Below are positions 60,052 to 64,000 of a stretch of DNA of 64,000 nt, piece after piece. A model generated the notes under the pieces. It was not told the origin of the DNA and searched no databases. It saw only the letters and a list, made by a program, of their open reading frames with translations. The stretch is from Rebecca billardiae RCC1528 (Eukaryota > Protista > Haptophyta). Every line of letters starts with the position of its first letter. Within the stretch, counting starts at the first letter, position 1. The translations under genes were made by a program, and so were the position numbers. The stretch spans positions 434,001 through 498,000 of the forward strand of contig OZ251245.1 in NCBI GenBank assembly GCA_965240325.2, in the 5' to 3' direction.

Positions 60052-61252
60052 ATGCTTCGCGTGCTGGTCGCCGCGTGCCTGCTGGCCACCGTCGCGGCGC
60101 ACGGCGTCAGCGTCCGCGTGGCGCCCGCCGCCACGCTGGGCAAAGCCCCCTACGCGCGCTCGCGCCTCCTCGCGCACGGGGACCGCAAGCCGCGCGCGGC
60201 CGACGCGCGCGCGACTGCGCCGAGGCCAACCGTGGCGCGGCTGGCGCGCATCGCCGTCCCGCTGCTCGCCTTGTCCCCGGTCCTCCTGCACAGCGCGCCG
60301 GCGCTCGCATTGGGAGGGATCAGCTCGATCAGCGCCGCCGTCGAGCCCGCCACGGGCTCGCTGCTCGACTCGGCCTTCTTCCAAGCGCTGTCGCTCATCT
60401 TTGTGCGCGCGGCGTGCGCCGTGCGGTGCACCGGAGGCGTGCTGGCGTGCCGACCGCCCTGCGACGCACCCCACGCCGCGCGCGCACGCCGCCGCAGGTC
60501 TCCGAGCTGGGCGACAAGACGTTCTTCATCGCGACGATCCTGGCGGCGCGCACCAGCCGGCTGCTCACGTTCATCGGCGCGTCGGGCGCGCTGGCGTTCA
60601 TGACGGTGATCTCGGTGGCGATCGGGCAGATCTTCCACGCGGTGCCCTCGGGCGTGACCGGCGGGATCCCGATCGACGACATCGTCGCCGTCCTCTCCTT
60701 CACCTACTTTGGCGTCAAGTCGCTGCGCGACGCGGCGTCGAGCAGCGGCGAGGGCATGGAGGAGGAGCGCGAGGAGGCGGAGGACGAGCTGGAGAAGACG
60801 GGCGTGAGGCAGGGCAGGCTGGCGCTCGTCGGCGAGGCGTTCGCGCTCACCGCCGCCGCCGAGCTCGGCGACCGCTCGCAGCTCACCACCATCGCGCTCT
60901 CGGCCGCGCAGAACCCGCTGTTTGTGTGCGCGGGCGCGATCGTCGCGCACTGCATCGCGACCGGCGGCGCGGTGCTCAGCGGCAACTTCATCTCCAAGTA
61001 CCTCTCGGAGAAGGTCATCGGGTGCGCCGCGCCGCGCCGCGCGCGGCGGCGCGCCACGGGCTGGGCGTGCGCCGCGGCCCCTCAGCCCCCGCGCGCGCGG
61101 GCGGAGGGTGCGCGCCATCCGCGCCATCCTGAACGGGCGCGCGCGCGCGGGTGCCGCTGTGCAGGTACATCGGCGGCTCGCTCTTCCTGGTGTTCGCCGC
61201 GACGACGCTGTACGGTCTCGTGCCCCAGATCGCCGGTCTGGCGGGGCTCTGA
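60052..61252 (+). CDS. GDT1: GDT1/UPF0016 Ca2+/Mn2+ transporter, probable plastid-targeted (PAM71/CMT1-like); exons 60052-60402, 60498-61021, 61165-61252
   Basis: Two family motifs ELGDKT and ELGDRSQ, an acidic central loop, and a signal peptide plus transit-like leader. Confidence 0.9.
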
Positions 61253-62222
61253 TGCCGCGGCGCCGCCATGTCGACCTCTCGGCAGCGACGGCATCGACGC
61301 CGCAGACGCCACCTCCCGGTCGGCTCGCCTGCGATCGCGGCATCACGAACAGACGCCGCGCATTCGTGGCGGCGTGGATCGCGCGTGCGCGCGCAGCGAG
61401 CCAACGACGTCTCCACCGTCGCCTTCGTGCCTCCGGGCAACCACACGAATGGCAACCGCCGCGCTGCTCTGCATTCGTGTATTTCTCGCGCGCGCGGCGA
61501 GTGACCGTCGCAGCGGGGGCGCCGGCATGCTTTTGATGACACGAGCGCACGGCTTGGATTCCGATTCCGGATGTCCACGTCGTCGACTCCCGACTCGTGA
61601 GTTCGCGAGGCGTCACGCTTCTCGAATTCTCGCCCGCAGTCCCGCACTCAAATTGAGCTCACGCAACGGTCGCAAGCCAGGAGATCTCTCATCATCAGGC
61701 TACCAGCTCGCGCCGAAAACATTACTTTTGCGCAGCTTCGCCGCGAATCTCTGGTGTCTCCGTCCGCGGTGTTCATCGATGATCAATAGTATCGATCGTG
61801 CTCTCTGAAAAGGAACTCGCCAAAGGTCGCCGCGCTGTCCGACAAACTGCAGACAATCAAGGGCGGAAGGTTCGGACCTGGACGCTGTCATTGTAGGGCT
61901 GCCGGGACGATTATTAGATCCGAGCAGAATCTCCAAAAGTGGGTGAAACACTTTGCTCTTTGGCCGGGGAATCAAGCCGTAATATGTGCAACGCGCGCAG
62001 TTTTATCGGCCTTTGGCCGTCTTCTTGGGTAGGGATTCCCCTAGGTTGAGTAAATGCGCAATCTCTTTGTGGACGAAGCGCTGACGGGTACACTGCCGCC
62101 GCCGCCCATGGATGACGGTTCGTTCGGCAAGTTGGTTGGTTCGGCTTCACAAGCGGCACGGAGCACCGCCGCGGAGTGCGGGAGCGCTTGTGGCACGGGG
62201 CGTGTGCCGCCAACGGCGCGCC

Positions 62223-63904
62223 ATGTTCGCCTCGCACGACGTGATCACAACGCGCAACCTGTCCGCGCGACTCCTGGATGACATCATATGGGTTGCATTC
62301 ATCGCCACAGCCGACATCCGCCGGTGTGCCTGGCCGCTCATCCGCGCGATGCTCTTCAGGCACGAGGCGGGTGATGACGGCGCTAATGACGACGAGCGCG
62401 CTGAGGCGGAGGACGACGGGTTCTTCAGCCTGACGCACGACGAGGAGGGGATCACGCTCATCATGGACTCCGCATGCCGGGCCGCCTTCGACGAGTTCTG
62501 CGACGGCAACACCATCACATACGCCCCGTGCACGTGGCGCGCGTTCCAGATTCACCTGGGCACGAGCGCGACGCCAGGGTGCGCAGCTCGCGCGCGGGAG
62601 AGGGCGCGCGTGCGCCGGGCCGCGCCGATGTCGTGCCCGCGGCCCCGCGGGCACACCAAGCCCTGCGGCCACGCGCCGCGCGCCCGCGAACTGACCCCGA
62701 CCCCGCCCGGTGCGCGTGCGCCCGTGTGCACTGTGTTGCCTCGCGTGCACCGCCACGCGCGCGCAGCGTGGTGTGCATGCTCTCGTCGCTACTCGCCGAC
62801 GCGCACGTGTCGATCCTGAACGTGTCCACGTACGACTCGGACTTCATCCTCGTGCAGGAGGCCGACGTCACGCGCGCGGCGGACATGATCCGTGAGTCGC
62901 TCGAGAGCGGGCTCGCTCGCATGGGCGCGCGCCCGCTGCTGTCGCCAACGGTGCCCACCGACGACAGCGCCCTGAGCGAGCGCGAGACGATCTCGCTGGA
63001 CGATGCGGACGGGGGTGAGACGAGCGGCACTCACGTGGGCTCGAGCGGTGCCGACAGCGTCGACACTCTGGGGGACTCGCGGCCGGCGTCGGCCGCGGAG
63101 CGCGCACCGCTCCGTCAGCGCGAGGGAGGGGCGGCATGGGCGGCGCACGGGGCTGCGCCGAGCAGCGCCGCAGGGGGTACGGCGGCCGAGGCTGGGGCTG
63201 AGGCCGCGTCGGGGGCGAAGCAGCCGAGCGTCGCCTTCGCGGGCTGCAAGCCCTCCGCCTTCGACGCCAAGCGGCGCGAGCTCTACCTGAAAGGTGCGCA
63301 CCCGCAGCGCCCGCATGCGCACCGCGGCCGCGCGGACGCGTCCCGCGGGGCGTGGCGCGTGCCCCGCTGCACGTCCACTCAGCCGCGTGCCCTACCGCCG
63401 CCCCCTCCTTGCCCCCGCCTCTCCGTGCGCGCAGTGCTCGAGCCCACGCTCACCGTCACGCGGCTCAGCGAGCGCGCGCTGCACGACGTGAGCTCGGCGC
63501 TGCTGCGGCTGCTGCTCGTGCGCACGTCCGAGCGCGACCACTTCTGGTCGTACGCGTGCGTGACGGACGGCCCGGGGGACGTGAGCCTGGTGATGGACGA
63601 GGGGGCGGCGGAGCTCTTCGCCGACGGCGCGATCACCGGCACCTGCGGCGCGTGGCGCGCCGTGCGCCTCTGCGGCCACCGCTTCGGCTTCGACGAGACG
63701 GGCGTCGTCTCGACGATGCTCTCGTCCGTGTACGCGCGCAACATCCCGACCATGTGCCTCTCGACGTTCGCCACGTCGATCACGATCGTGGAGGATGCGT
63801 CGCTGGAGGAGGCGCTGGATAGCTTCCGCGCGATCGTGCCGCGTGTCGTGTGGGCGGGCGCGGAGGACGCTGAGCGCGCCGCACAGGCGCTGAGCATACG
63901 CTGA
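62223..63904 (+). CDS. CASTOR/GATS-like tandem ACT-domain protein; exons 62223-62578, 62767-63293, 63435-63904
   Basis: FFSLT..EEGITLIMD, WRAFQI, GVV..LSSLLADAHVSILNVSTYDSDFILV; second half FWSY...DVSLVMD, WRAVRL...FGFDETGVV...LSTF. Confidence 0.82.
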
Positions 63905-64000
63905 GCGCGCGGCGTGCTGGCAGCGAGCTGGGACGCGGCGCCCGCCCCCAGCTAGCTTCACGTCGGCGGCGTGAGCGCCCGAGCCACTCCCAACTCGCCA

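Noticed and set aside
1-64000. rRNA, tRNA or other structured ncRNA genes; prokaryotic operons
   Set aside because: None recognisable by eye. A tRNAscan/Infernal run would be needed to exclude them formally.

Overview
Eukaryotic, very GC-rich nuclear DNA with short GT-AG introns (typically GTGCGCG...GCGCAG). This style and the bipartite plastid-targeting leaders suggest an alga with a secondary plastid, plausibly a haptophyte such as Pavlovales (inference only). Gene-dense flanks encode a J-domain protein, a calpain with an IQ-like motif, a DHX40-like helicase, a MEF2-type MADS factor, a Runt-like/PAS protein, a TauE/SafE exporter, an SGNH hydrolase, NHL-repeat and PAN/Apple membrane proteins, a P5A-ATPase, a putative rhamnosyltransferase, a TLC protein, a GDT1 transporter and a CASTOR-like ACT protein. 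The 17-38 kb interval is a repeat-rich accessory region. Its best candidate for a novel system is a 13-exon LRR receptor-like gene (21714-25210). Each LRR is a symmetric phase-2 exon set in homologous introns, variation is concentrated on the predicted ligand-binding face, and there is direct evidence of exchange between non-adjacent units. The interval also holds a split-direct-repeat (A1..B1-A2-B2) non-autonomous retroelement, nested TIR elements and long inverted repeats. Two proteins share an ADP-ribosyltransferase-like H...YNEV motif set. Exon boundaries were derived by hand and checked for reading frame; no database searches were run.
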